Origin: a virus | Taxonomy: Duplodnaviria; Caudoviricetes | DNA length: 58,644 nucleotides | IMG/VR virus record: IMGVR_UViG_3300006917_000003 | Location: 1-58,644 of that record | Reading direction: 5' to 3' (one strand) | Shown here: positions 34,789 through 43,657 of the stretch, piece after piece | Position numbering within the stretch: the stretch's first letter is position 1 | Layout of the letters: each line of letters starts with the position of its first letter | Notes under the pieces: model-generated | Told to the model about the DNA's origin: nothing | The model's input: the letters and a program-made list of their open reading frames with translations, nothing else | Databases searched by the model: none | Position numbers and translations under genes: made by a program

Positions 34789-35115
34789 ATGGAGAAGGTG
34801 ACTTACCGCAAGACGCAGGACGGGGCTTGGGTGGCCTTCGGCCCCGCCCACACGGTGCAGCCCGGGTGCGCGGTGACCGTGACCAAGCGCGACGGCACGA
34901 CCAAGGTCGAGTTCGTGGAGCGCATCGGACGGCCCTTCACGGTGGACGGTGTGATGTGCGTCTACGGCTACCTGCGAGCACCCGACTTGCCGCGAGGCCA
35001 AGCCATCCGGCGCATGATGGCGCAGGGGAAGGTGGGCGGTCGGGCTTGCCCGCTCTGCGGAGCGCGGGACTGCCCCAAGGCGTGGGACCAGCGCGACCTC
35101 TGCCAAGAGGACTAG
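34789..35115 (+). CDS. Cassette gene, hypothetical with C-terminal Cys motif
   Basis: ATG after the repeat; VTVTKRDG; CPLC..DC. Confidence 0.75.
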   Translation: MEKVTYRKTQDGAWVAFGPAHTVQPGCAVTVTKRDGTTKVEFVERIGRPFTVDGVMCVYGYLRAPDLPRGQAIRRMMAQGKVGGRACPLCGARDCPKAWDQRDLCQED

Positions 35116-35203
35116 GGGTTGACAAGGAACGTCAGTTCTGCAATACTCTAGGCGTGAGGTGAGGGAGAGAGGACGGAGACGGAAACCAAACAGGAGGTGT
35201 GAG

Positions 35204-35401
35204 ATGGAAAACACTGGGGACGACCTCAAGGCTCTGGAACTGCTGGCAGAGACGCACAAGCTGCTGGGCGACACCAAGGGCTACATCGCGACGATGATGG
35301 TGCTGGCGGCAGAGCACCTGCGGCTGGGCAACACCGACGCCTACTGCGAGACGGTGTGGGCGCTGGTCATTGACGAGAACTGCACCATCGAGGAGGTGTG
35401 A
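35204..35401 (+). CDS. Cassette gene, hypothetical
   Basis: Start revised; its TGA stop lies inside the next GGAGGTGTGAG. Confidence 0.7.
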   Translation: MENTGDDLKALELLAETHKLLGDTKGYIATMMVLAAEHLRLGNTDAYCETVWALVIDENCTIEEV

Positions 35402-35402
35402 G

Positions 35403-35723
35403 ATGAAGCACCTGCCACCGATCACGCTCAAGAACGCCAAGCGGCCTGTGCGCTGGCGCTACTTCCCAGAGGTCAACCGCTACGGGCTGGGTGTGGTGGA
35501 GGTCGCCCCCGACACGCCGTGGGGCGAGCGACTGCGCTGGCTGGTGATCTACAACCAGACCGATTGGGAAAACCCCGACCTGCGCGGCTTTGGCCTGTGG
35601 GAGCGCGCCCGCGACGACAGCATGATCGCCCACTTTGGCAACTTCAAGTCCCTGCGCGAGGCGCAGGAGGCGAGCTACGACCTGCTGCGAGAACTCTTTG
35701 ACGGCGACGACGCAGGGGCTTGA
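35403..35723 (+). CDS. Cassette gene, hypothetical
   Basis: Start revised; the stop is the TGA of the next TTGACA. Confidence 0.72.
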   Translation: MKHLPPITLKNAKRPVRWRYFPEVNRYGLGVVEVAPDTPWGERLRWLVIYNQTDWENPDLRGFGLWERARDDSMIAHFGNFKSLREAQEASYDLLRELFDGDDAGA

Positions 35724-35796
35724 CAAGGAACGTCAGTTCTGCAATACTCTAGGCGTGAGGTGAGAGAGGAGACGGAAGTCAACGAGGAGGTGCGAG

Positions 35797-36096
35797 ATGG
35801 AGATCAAGATCACAAACGCCAAGGTCAACTACCACCGCAACGGTGTGGGCGGCTGGCCCTTCTACCTCGTCACGTTCGATTGGAAGGACGACGACGGCAA
35901 GGACCGCAAGATGCTGGCCACGGTGCCATGCACGACCGAGAGCGGCGACAAACTGACCCGCGAGGACCGCGTCCTGAGCGTGCTGGACATTGGCCTGCTG
36001 GCCAGCGGCGGCGACCCAACCGACCCCTACAGCAACCACTGGCGCGGCGACAAGTTCGCGGACGAGGTGTGGAACGCAATCGACAACCTTGCGTGA
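35797..36096 (+). CDS. Cassette gene, hypothetical
   Basis: ATG after the repeat; YHRNGVGG.PF. Confidence 0.75.
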   Translation: MEIKITNAKVNYHRNGVGGWPFYLVTFDWKDDDGKDRKMLATVPCTTESGDKLTREDRVLSVLDIGLLASGGDPTDPYSNHWRGDKFADEVWNAIDNLA

Positions 36097-36186
36097 GGGG
36101 CTTGACAAGGAACGTCAGTTCTGCAATACTCTAGGCGTGAGGTGAGGGAGAGAGGACGGAGACGGAAACCAAACAGGAGGTGTGAG

Positions 36187-36531
36187 ATGAAGTACGGTAG
36201 CATGATGAATCTGCTGGCGAGTCGGAGCAAGAACCCCACCCCCGAGGTCGGCATGGGCGCGACCATGCTGCTGTGGAGCGACCGGCACGCGGGCACGGTG
36301 GTGGAGGTCAAGGGCAAGCGGCTGGTGTGGCAGCGGGACAAGGCCACGCGGGCAGACACCTACGGCATGAGCGACTGCCAGAGCTACACCTACGAGGCCA
36401 ACCCCGAGGGGGAAACCGAGGCGTTCACCCTGCGGAAGAACGGCGAGTGGGTGCGGGAAGGCTCCTCGATGAAGAGCGGCACGACCCTTGGGCTGGGATA
36501 CCGGCGGGAGTACTACGACTACAGCTTCTAG
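36187..36531 (+). CDS. Cassette gene, hypothetical phage protein
   Basis: Start revised; PEVGMGAT..WSDR...YYDYSF. Confidence 0.75.
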   Translation: MKYGSMMNLLASRSKNPTPEVGMGATMLLWSDRHAGTVVEVKGKRLVWQRDKATRADTYGMSDCQSYTYEANPEGETEAFTLRKNGEWVREGSSMKSGTTLGLGYRREYYDYSF

Positions 36532-36545
36532 GTGAGGGGTGAGGT

Positions 36546-36582
36546 CAAGGCCCGTGCGAGAGCGCGGGCCTTGGTGTTTTTT
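36546..36582 (+). terminator. Intrinsic terminator (near-identical copy at 38026-38059)
   Basis: caaggcccgtgc-GAGA-gcgcgggccttg then gtgtttttt. Confidence 0.75.
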
Positions 36583-36681
36583 GGGCCGTGCGCGACAAAG
36601 TACTTGACAAGGGATACCAGATCTCGTACCATCTAGACGTGAGAGGGAGAGAGGACGGAGACGGAAACAAGGAGGTGTGAG

Positions 36682-36759
36682 ATGGTGGTGGAGATGCTGG
36701 TGCTGACGGTGTTGTTGGCGGTATGTTTGGCCTGCCCCAAGGAAGGGGAGGAGGTCTGA
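36682..36759 (+). CDS. Cassette micro-gene (25 aa hydrophobic peptide)
   Basis: MVVEMLVLTVLLAVCLACPKEGEEV after a full promoter-RBS unit. Confidence 0.55.
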   Translation: MVVEMLVLTVLLAVCLACPKEGEEV

Positions 36760-36789
36760 CCGAGACGGAAACCAAACAGGAGGTGTGAG

Positions 36790-36966
36790 ATGTGGCGAGT
36801 GAGCGACTTGGGCAAGGGCTACTACATGGGTCGGTGGGGTGCAAGGGACGCCTCTACCGGCGAGGTGCGGCTGGTATCGAACAGCCACCGGCTCGTCACC
36901 ACGTTGGGCAACACACGCAAGGCGGCGCGAGAGCTTGCCCGCCTGCTGAACGCACGGGAGGTGTGA
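36790..36966 (+). CDS. Cassette gene (58 aa, below the ORF-track cutoff)
   Basis: MWRVSDLGKG...LLNAREV; stop inside the next RBS motif. Confidence 0.65.
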   Translation: MWRVSDLGKGYYMGRWGARDASTGEVRLVSNSHRLVTTLGNTRKAARELARLLNAREV

Positions 36967-36967
36967 G

Positions 36968-37237
36968 ATGGTTGAGTTCGACAAGGCGCAGGGCGCGCGC
37001 CGGGACGAGGACAGGGAGTGGTGGGTGATGGTCGATGGCAAGTCGGTCGGCTTAGTGACCGGCAACGTGATCAACGAGAACCAGCGAGGGTTGTACTCCT
37101 TCAGCTTGCAGCCGGCGCGGTATGTGATCAAGGACTACAGCGTCGAGGTGGAGGACGCCCACGGCCAAGAGTACACGGGCACGTTCGCGACTCTCAAGGA
37201 GGCCAAGCAGTTCGTGCGGTCGTTGTTCAAGGCGTGA
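36968..37237 (+). CDS. Cassette gene, hypothetical
   Basis: ATG after the repeat; GTFATLKEAK. Confidence 0.72.
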   Translation: MVEFDKAQGARRDEDREWWVMVDGKSVGLVTGNVINENQRGLYSFSLQPARYVIKDYSVEVEDAHGQEYTGTFATLKEAKQFVRSLFKA

Positions 37238-37277
37238 GAGGGGGAGACGGAGACGGAAACCAACAAGGAGGTGCGAG

Positions 37278-37637
37278 ATGGAGACGTTGAAGCTGATGGA
37301 GACGCCCAAGGACATGCCGGTGTGGCTCAAGCGCGACGTGGACAACATGCGCGAGCGATTGGCCGACACGGGGCTGGCGTTTGAGCGAGACGGTGTGCGG
37401 TACTGGCACGCCAACGGTCGGGTGGTGCCGACCGAGGTCTACCAGAACGCCTACGTCGAGTGCCCCAAGGCCCAGCGGGTCGCCTACGAGGCGCAGACCC
37501 GCCAGTTCTTGGACGAGTACCTCGCAGCCGAACGCGACCGCCAGCCCTCTGCGGAGGAGCAGTACGAGATGCGAGCGGCCTTTGGCACCAACGCCACGGT
37601 GGTCAACGTGCTCACGGGGCGGCGGTGGCGCACCTGA
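37278..37637 (+). CDS. Cassette gene, hypothetical
   Basis: ATG after the repeat; EMRAAFG...VVNVLTG. Confidence 0.75.
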   Translation: METLKLMETPKDMPVWLKRDVDNMRERLADTGLAFERDGVRYWHANGRVVPTEVYQNAYVECPKAQRVAYEAQTRQFLDEYLAAERDRQPSAEEQYEMRAAFGTNATVVNVLTGRRWRT

Positions 37638-37722
37638 TAGGGGGTTGACAAGGAACGTCAGATCTGCAATACTCCAAGGCGTGAGAGGGAGACGGAGACG
37701 GAAACCAAACAGGAGGTGTGAG

Positions 37723-38004
37723 ATGGCGACCAAGTTGGGCGAGATGACTTTCTGGCACTTGAAGCGGGACTCCAAGGTGTGGACGCGGGTCTGGGTTGAG
37801 TTGGCCGGCTTGCAGCCCGGGCAGTGGAAGGGCAACACCGAGTGCGAGGACGAGGACACGGGCGAGGTCTGGCAGTACATGGGCAGCTACTGCGACGACG
37901 CGATGGACCCCGTGGGCGTGCATGAGTTCCGGCACCGCTGCCACCCTGCGGACGGCGAGCGGTGGTACTTGCAGATCCCGGCCAAGCAGGTCAAGGAGGC
38001 TTGA
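37723..38004 (+). CDS. Cassette gene, hypothetical
   Basis: Start revised; EVWQYMGS...HEFRHR.HP. Confidence 0.72.
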   Translation: MATKLGEMTFWHLKRDSKVWTRVWVELAGLQPGQWKGNTECEDEDTGEVWQYMGSYCDDAMDPVGVHEFRHRCHPADGERWYLQIPAKQVKEA

Positions 38005-38025
38005 GCCTCACGCAAGTCGAGGCCG

Positions 38026-38059
38026 AGGCCCGTGCGAGAGCGCGGGCCTTGGTGTTTTT
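38026..38059 (+). terminator. Intrinsic terminator, copy 2
   Basis: aggcccgtgc-GAGA-gcgcgggcct then tggtgttttt. Confidence 0.72.
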
Positions 38060-38159
38060 GGGCCGTGCGCGAGAGGGTACTTGACAAGGAACGTCAGATC
38101 TGCAATACTCCAAGGCGTGAGAGGGAGAGAGGACGGAGACGGAAACAAGGAGGTGTGAG

Positions 38160-38366
38160 ATGGCAAAGGTCAAGTGGGTGTCTTGCGGCGACTGTGAACA
38201 CTGCTGGCGGGGCGACAGCGACTACTGCAACTACCGGCGCGAGGTGAAGGTCGCGGCCAAGCCGCGCAAGCGGAAGGTGGCTGACGACGGCTGGCGGCGG
38301 GAGATGGCGATGGAAGCCGGCATGGGGCTGGGAGTTGAAGCCTACAACGACGCGATGGGTTGCTAA
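38160..38366 (+). CDS. Cassette gene, small Cys-containing protein
   Basis: CGDCEHC...C; ATG after the repeat. Confidence 0.7.
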   Translation: MAKVKWVSCGDCEHCWRGDSDYCNYRREVKVAAKPRKRKVADDGWRREMAMEAGMGLGVEAYNDAMGC

Positions 38367-38377
38367 GGAGGTGTGAG

Positions 38378-38569
38378 ATGGAGACGACGGTCGAGGAGAA
38401 GGTCAAGCTGGAGCACTACTTGGGCAGGGTGTGTCCCTACTGCCACGCCCGAGCGGTGCGGGGTCATGAGGACAACGGCCTGCGGGGTTGGGAGCGGGCC
38501 TACTTGTGCGGGAACTGCCGCGAGCAGTGGGACGCCGAGAACTACGCCCCCGACAACGAGGGGGGTTGA
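38378..38569 (+). CDS. Cassette gene, Zn-ribbon protein
   Basis: CPYC...CGNC; start revised. Confidence 0.7.
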   Translation: METTVEEKVKLEHYLGRVCPYCHARAVRGHEDNGLRGWERAYLCGNCREQWDAENYAPDNEGG

Positions 38570-38645
38570 CAAGGAATGTCCCTTGTGCAATACTCCAAGG
38601 CGTGAGAGGGAGAGAAGAGACGGAAACCAACACAGGAGGTGTGAG

Positions 38646-39095
38646 ATGGGCAACCGAGTTGTGGTGACGTTGGACAGCAAGCCGACCAAGAACAGCATGG
38701 GCCTCTACCTGCACTGGAACGGCGGGCCGGAGAGCGTGCTGGCCTTTGCGGAGTACGCCCGGGAAGTTGGGTTGTGCAGCGGCGGGGACAACTGCTACGG
38801 GATCGCCCAGTTGGCGCGGATCGTGGGCAACTTCTTCGGGGACAACCTGAGCGTGGGTGTGGGGACGCTGGGGACGCTGGACTGCGACAACGGCGACAAC
38901 GGGCTGGTGGCGGTCGAGTGGGACACGGTCGGGGTGCGGATGCGGCAGGCCAAGCGGGGCGAGATCGACAAGCTGGAGCCGGTGGACTTGGCCAAGGTCC
39001 GGCAGCACCCCTACTGGACACACAGCGAGGGCGACGAGGCGATGCTCAAGGTGGTGCGGGAGAAGAACTGGGCTAGCCGCCACGGGAGCCTGTAG
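38646..39095 (+). CDS. Cassette gene, hypothetical phage protein
   Basis: Start revised; MGNR...LYLHWNGGPESV. Confidence 0.75.
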   Translation: MGNRVVVTLDSKPTKNSMGLYLHWNGGPESVLAFAEYAREVGLCSGGDNCYGIAQLARIVGNFFGDNLSVGVGTLGTLDCDNGDNGLVAVEWDTVGVRMRQAKRGEIDKLEPVDLAKVRQHPYWTHSEGDEAMLKVVREKNWASRHGSL

Positions 39096-39183
39096 GGGCT
39101 TGACAAGGGATTCCACTTGTGGGATGCTCTGGGCGTGAGGTGAGGAGAGAGACGGAGACGGAAACCAACACAGGAGGTGCGAG

Positions 39184-39519
39184 ATGGCAACAACAGACTT
39201 CAGCACGGACCACTTGAACGGCTACAGAGCGGATCTGGCTTGGGGCATCGTCAAGTGGCTGGCCGCTCGCACGGGTGAGCACCCTGACGGTGGCGGCTGC
39301 AAGGCGTTCTACAGCCCCCGGGAGTGGGTGAAGCGCGGCGAGAGCTACGGCAAGGACGCGGTGCTCATCCTCTGCCACGACGGCGGGGCGCTGGCCCCCT
39401 TCTGCAACTACAACTACGGCAACTGGGAAGGGATGAAGGCTTTCAGCGACTTCCTGAGCAGCAAGGGCTACTACGTCGAGTGCTGCACAAGCTGGTACAG
39501 CGCGGTCTACCGCGCCTGA
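39184..39519 (+). CDS. Cassette gene, hypothetical
   Basis: ATG after the repeat; FYSP.EW..RGE. Confidence 0.75.
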   Translation: MATTDFSTDHLNGYRADLAWGIVKWLAARTGEHPDGGGCKAFYSPREWVKRGESYGKDAVLILCHDGGALAPFCNYNYGNWEGMKAFSDFLSSKGYYVECCTSWYSAVYRA

Positions 39520-39552
39520 GCGACCCAACCAACAACGAGACGGAGGTGTGAG

Positions 39553-39813
39553 ATGCACAAGGACGCGCTGCGGGCAGTCGAGAAGAGCATGTCTTGCGAC
39601 AGTGTGGAGTGGTGCGAGGCGACCGAGTACAACATCTACTGGTTGCGCCGCTGGTCGAATGACGCAGCACGCACGGACGGCTCGCCCTACGGTGAGACGC
39701 ACCACCACGACCGCTGGATGTTTCGCGGCCTCGACTATGACGAGAACAACTGGGAGTGCGACTGGTGTGTGGCAATCGAGCCGCCCGCCGATGGTGCGGA
39801 GGTGGAGCCATGA
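39553..39813 (+). CDS. Cassette gene, acidic hypothetical protein
   Basis: ATG after GGAGGTGTGAG. Confidence 0.7.
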   Translation: MHKDALRAVEKSMSCDSVEWCEATEYNIYWLRRWSNDAARTDGSPYGETHHHDRWMFRGLDYDENNWECDWCVAIEPPADGAEVEP

Positions 39814-40841
39814 AGGCGCTGGTGGTAGGTGGCTTTGCCGCCAAGACACGCGGATCGTGGGCCAAGGCGTTGCGAGAGCACTGCGGCATTGAAGTCGCGC
39901 ATGTGTACGGAGCCGACAACGACTTCAAGGGCCTGCCAAGCACCCTGCCCTCCGACGTGGGCTTGGTGCTGGCGGTGGTTGGCACCTGCTCGCACAAGGC
40001 AAGCAATCGCGCAAAGGCGTTGGCGGTTGCAGCCGGGGCACGCTGGGAGCCTGTGAGCAAGGACACCACCCGGGCGGTGCAGTGGCTCAGGCAGAAGGGG
40101 TTCACGTCCGCGCCGCAGCCTGTGTCCACGGTCGAGGTTCACATGGGCGAGCCAACGTGGCTGGTCGAGGGGATGCAGCAGGAAACTACACCCGAGGTTG
40201 AGCAGGAGGTCAAGGTGGAGGCGCAGACCAAAACAGAGTTCGCAGACTGGCTGGACTTCTCGCAGGTGCGTGAGCTACTGCCAGACCTGCACCCGGCGAC
40301 GTTCTACGGGCTGACGCGCAAGCTGGTGAAGCGCGACGAGGTGCGCGAGCCGCGCACACGCATCGATGCCACGGGGCGCACAGTGACCACCAACATGCTC
40401 CTTTGGTCGCTGGCCGAGGTCGAGGAGGTGGAGGCGCTGGCCAAGTCGCGTGGGTTGCTCAAGCCCAAGGTCAAGCCCGAGCCTGCGCCCGAGCCGCCCA
40501 AGTCCAACGCGATCATGGGCACGCCGTTTCGCCCCCTGTCCGAGGCTCCCAAGTGGAGGTTCGTACCGGCTGAGTCCGAGCCGCTCAAGCCGGTGTCCGA
40601 AGCGCCGCCGCTATACAAGCTCGTTGCATCGGAGCAGTACTCCGCGCCAGCGGTTCACGCCTCGCCCGAGGCGGTGTCCGTGCTTCGCGACTACCACGCC
40701 GAGATGGCGACGCTCATGGACGAGTACGCCCACAAGAAGACCCGCGACCTGCGCGGGATGCTCGACAAGGTCGTGGCCGAGCGGGACGCCCTGCGGGCGC
40801 AGTTGGACAAGATCAAGCTCGCCTTGGGGCTTGACAAGTGA
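39810..40841 (+). CDS. Hypothetical protein, N-terminus resembles DUF2325
   Basis: MKALVVGG...VLAVVGTCSH...AKALA; C-terminal coiled coil; ATGA coupling. Confidence 0.6.
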   Translation: MKALVVGGFAAKTRGSWAKALREHCGIEVAHVYGADNDFKGLPSTLPSDVGLVLAVVGTCSHKASNRAKALAVAAGARWEPVSKDTTRAVQWLRQKGFTSAPQPVSTVEVHMGEPTWLVEGMQQETTPEVEQEVKVEAQTKTEFADWLDFSQVRELLPDLHPATFYGLTRKLVKRDEVREPRTRIDATGRTVTTNMLLWSLAEVEEVEALAKSRGLLKPKVKPEPAPEPPKSNAIMGTPFRPLSEAPKWRFVPAESEPLKPVSEAPPLYKLVASEQYSAPAVHASPEAVSVLRDYHAEMATLMDEYAHKKTRDLRGMLDKVVAERDALRAQLDKIKLALGLDK

Positions 40842-40895
40842 TTCCAGATCTCCTATCTTCTGGGTGTGGGGCGAGAGGCCCCGGGGAGGTGGGAG

Positions 40896-41162
40896 ATGGT
40901 GGCGACGATGGAGGAGATGGTGGCGGCGGTGAAAGCCCACGCCCAAGCCAACTACGGCAAGGACGGCTGGGACACCATCGTCGAGTGCTACGAGGACGAC
41001 GAGCTTGCCAAGCTGATCGAGGATAACGGATCGACCACGGTGGCCGAGGCCATCCGCGAGGTAGGTGAGGGGTGCAAGGTGCGGGCTGACTACGAGGCCG
41101 ACATTCGGGCCGAGGGTGGCTGGGGACCTTACGCCGGGGGCAAGCACTGGTGGGAAGTCTGA
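40896..41162 (+). CDS. Cassette gene, hypothetical
   Basis: After TTGACA-N17-TATCTT and GGAGGTGGGAG. Confidence 0.72.
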   Translation: MVATMEEMVAAVKAHAQANYGKDGWDTIVECYEDDELAKLIEDNGSTTVAEAIREVGEGCKVRADYEADIRAEGGWGPYAGGKHWWEV

Positions 41163-41190
41163 GGTGGTGAAGCCAACACGGAGGTGGGAG

Positions 41191-41535
41191 ATGGAAGTTA
41201 CTTGTGTGAAGACGTACAAGGGTGAGCATGAGATCAAGGGCGTGGCCTATGGCATCGAGGACGACCGAGGCCGCGAGGTCGGCATCCTCGCCATCCTTTG
41301 GGAAGAAGCCTACATGCAGGCCACGCGGGAGCAAGAACGGACAGGCATGTGGCATCGGAGTGTGGAGCCGGGGCGCTACTTCGTCGCCAACATCCAGACC
41401 ACGCGAGGTGGCAAGCGGTACGGGGCGGTCCAGCCCGACCAGCTATTCAAGACGACAGAGGAGCGGGACGCCTACGTTGCCAAGCGGGTCGAGGACGGGC
41501 GAAAGCAGGCTACCAAGAAGTTCGGGGTCTGCTAG
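41191..41535 (+). CDS. Cassette gene, hypothetical
   Basis: After GGAGGTGGGAG; start revised. Confidence 0.72.
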   Translation: MEVTCVKTYKGEHEIKGVAYGIEDDRGREVGILAILWEEAYMQATREQERTGMWHRSVEPGRYFVANIQTTRGGKRYGAVQPDQLFKTTEERDAYVAKRVEDGRKQATKKFGVC

Positions 41536-41554
41536 ACTGGCAGTGGGGGATCGT

Positions 41555-41596
41555 ACCAAGCCCTCGCGGGGAGACTCGCGGGGGCTTGGTGCTTTT
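41555..41596 (+). terminator. Intrinsic terminator ending the array
   Basis: accaagccctcgcgg...cgcgggggcttggt then gctttt. Confidence 0.7.
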
Positions 41597-41655
41597 GGAC
41601 TCTGGACGACTTCTGACCTTGGGCGTACAGTAGCCCCACAACCTGCGAGGCTGCT

Positions 41656-42009
41656 ATGCCCCTGTCCTCCTTCTACGCCTTCCCGCCCAAGACTGTGGTC
41701 AAGCTGGTGAACACTGGCGGCGGCAACACGTTTCTGACCGGCGACGGCATGTCCAAGTCCGTCAACGCCACGACGACCGCCGACGTAGTGGTGGTGCTCG
41801 ACGGCGGCGAGTACGCCTACGAGAACTGCAAGCTGGAGGTGCTCAACCCCACTTGCCTCGCGGGCTTCTTGGACGCCACCCAAGCCTACACTTACACAGG
41901 CTCCAACCTCGCGACTGAGGCGATCACCTACGCTGGCTCGACCTACACCCGCACCTACAGCTATACTGGCTCCAACCTGACCAGCGTCAGCGCATGGGTG
42001 GTGACATGA
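41656..42009 (+). CDS. Small putative virion protein with a YTY(T)GSNL repeat
   Basis: YTYTGSNLA and YSYTGSNLT; coupled to the fibre gene. Confidence 0.65.
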   Translation: MPLSSFYAFPPKTVVKLVNTGGGNTFLTGDGMSKSVNATTTADVVVVLDGGEYAYENCKLEVLNPTCLAGFLDATQAYTYTGSNLATEAITYAGSTYTRTYSYTGSNLTSVSAWVVT

Positions 42010-43454
42010 GTTGCGGCCCCACTTACGGTCAGTTCGTCGCTTGGCTGCACGCAGCGGGGCTGTTGCCGCCAAGTCCGTCACCGAGCACCTCCCTCACGGC
42101 GACCGCTGGCCTGCTCAACGCGGGCGGGCCTGCCATCGCGGCGGGGACGCTGGTGTTCGTATCGGGCTGGGACAACGTCAACAACTGCCCGATGGTGTGG
42201 CCTGCCGATCCTGCCGACTTGCTGACGTGCGCCACCTACCTCGCCACGGCGACGATACCCACCGGCTTGGTGGCCGCAACCCCGGGCACCATCGCCAAGC
42301 AGGGCACCATCACAGGCTTGGCGCTGGTCGCGGCCATTGGCGACCCCGCCTACTTGGCGGCAGCAGGCGCGGGTGCAGTGCAGGCAGGCACGACCGGCCT
42401 GACCACGTCCAACATCTGTCAGCAGGTGGCGGGCTACTTCGTCACGGCTGGCACCAGCGTGTACGTTGACCTGACCTCTGCGCCTGTCAGCGTGCTTGGC
42501 ACCAGCGAGTTGCAGAACCAGTCGGTGACGCCTGCCAAGGCCGACTTGACCCAGAAGTGGACGTGGACAGGCACGCACCCGCAGATCCAGCTTGGCCAGA
42601 ACGGCGTCTTGGGTGCCATCGACTTTGGCGACGGTGGCACCAAGCTGGTGCGTGTGGAGCCTGCGACGTTTGCGGCCAACCGCACGCTGACCATCCCCGA
42701 CCCGGGGGCCAACGCCACCTTCATCCTGTCGGTGGGCACAACTGCGCTTCAGATCACAAGTGCGGCTCCACAGATCACCATTGGTGACGGTGCTGGCGTG
42801 TCGGGTGTGCTGCGCTTGAACGATGGCACAGCGTCTGTGCGCCACGCTGACATCACGCAGGCCACGCTGGCCGCGAACCGCACCTACACCGTGCCGGATG
42901 CAGGGGCCGACGCCACCTTCATCTTGTCGCAGGGCACGACTGCCATGACCAACACGGCGGCGTCCCCGCAAGTCACGCTGGGCAACGGTGGTGTGGCGGG
43001 TGGCTTGGCCTTGCGCGATGGTACAAGCGCCAACGCGGGCACGCTCAAGGCCACCACGCTGACCGGCGCACGCACCTACACCTTCCCCAACGCCACGGGC
43101 AACGTGCCTGTGACCGCTGGTGCGATGGTGTCGCTGCCGCAGGCGAGCTACTCCAACACCAACCCTGCCAACATCCGTTTCGGTGACGTGGGCATCGCGC
43201 CCAGCACCAGCAGCATCGCAGTGACCGTGACCGGCGTACCTGACACCAGCGCAGCCAGCGGGTCTGTGGTGTTCGTGCAGTTCAACGGGTTGGCTGCCGC
43301 CCCGGGGCCGGTGGTTTACCCGGGGGCGTTCGTGCTCCGCGCTTCGATCAGCGGTGGCACCTTGAACATCTCACTGCTGAACGCAACAACGGGTGCGGCG
43401 CTCGCTATGGGCGCGGCCACCGCCATGAGCCTGAGCTACGTCATCCTGTACTAG
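42006..43454 (+). CDS. Putative spike/receptor-binding fibre protein
   Basis: A/G/T-rich; three repeats of Q(I/V)xxG..G..G...DG...AT..(A/G).RT.T.P(D/N). Confidence 0.7.
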   Translation: MSCGPTYGQFVAWLHAAGLLPPSPSPSTSLTATAGLLNAGGPAIAAGTLVFVSGWDNVNNCPMVWPADPADLLTCATYLATATIPTGLVAATPGTIAKQGTITGLALVAAIGDPAYLAAAGAGAVQAGTTGLTTSNICQQVAGYFVTAGTSVYVDLTSAPVSVLGTSELQNQSVTPAKADLTQKWTWTGTHPQIQLGQNGVLGAIDFGDGGTKLVRVEPATFAANRTLTIPDPGANATFILSVGTTALQITSAAPQITIGDGAGVSGVLRLNDGTASVRHADITQATLAANRTYTVPDAGADATFILSQGTTAMTNTAASPQVTLGNGGVAGGLALRDGTSANAGTLKATTLTGARTYTFPNATGNVPVTAGAMVSLPQASYSNTNPANIRFGDVGIAPSTSSIAVTVTGVPDTSAASGSVVFVQFNGLAAAPGPVVYPGAFVLRASISGGTLNISLLNATTGAALAMGAATAMSLSYVILY

Positions 43455-43461
43455 CCGAGGC

Positions 43462-43644
43462 TCACTTCTTGGCGTACTTGTGGAAGCAGTAGCCAACCAG
43501 AAGGCCGAGCAGCAACACACCTACGATCGGGCCTGCGGGCAGGCGCTTGGGCGTGCGGAAGGAGTTGGGGTCGCGGTTGCTTCCAGCCAAAGCGTAGCCT
43601 TGGGTGGTGTAGCCGTAGCCGATCGGGGACTCTTGAACCATCAT
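43462..43644 (-). CDS. Small virion membrane protein
   Basis: C-terminal TM plus KK tail. Confidence 0.6.
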   Translation of the reverse strand: MMVQESPIGYGYTTQGYALAGSNRDPNSFRTPKRLPAGPIVGVLLLGLLVGYCFHKYAKK

Positions 43645-43657
43645 GGTGTGCCTTCCT

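Larger units (their letters stand above)
34430..41190 (+). repeat. Array of promoter-leader-RBS repeats, each preceding a small gene
   Basis: TTGACA at 34430, 35119, 35720, 36102, 36604, 37645, 38081, 38566, 39100, 40831; GGAGGTG(T/C/G)GAG-ATG before ATGs at 34509, 34789, 35204, 35403, 35797, 36187, 36682, 36790, 36968, 37278, 37723, 38160, 38378, 38646, 39184, 39553, 40896, 41191. Confidence 0.95.

Noticed and set aside
34430-41190. CRISPR array interpretation of the regular repeats
   Set aside because: The intervening sequences are ORFs of very variable length (mostly ~80-450 bp) that start exactly at the repeat's ATG; the repeats are promoter/RBS sequences; no cas operon is present.
32401-41190. 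Classical integron (IntI plus attC cassettes)
   Set aside because: The repeats are purine-rich and non-palindromic, unlike attC; the recombinase looks Cre-like and I see no IntI-specific insertion.
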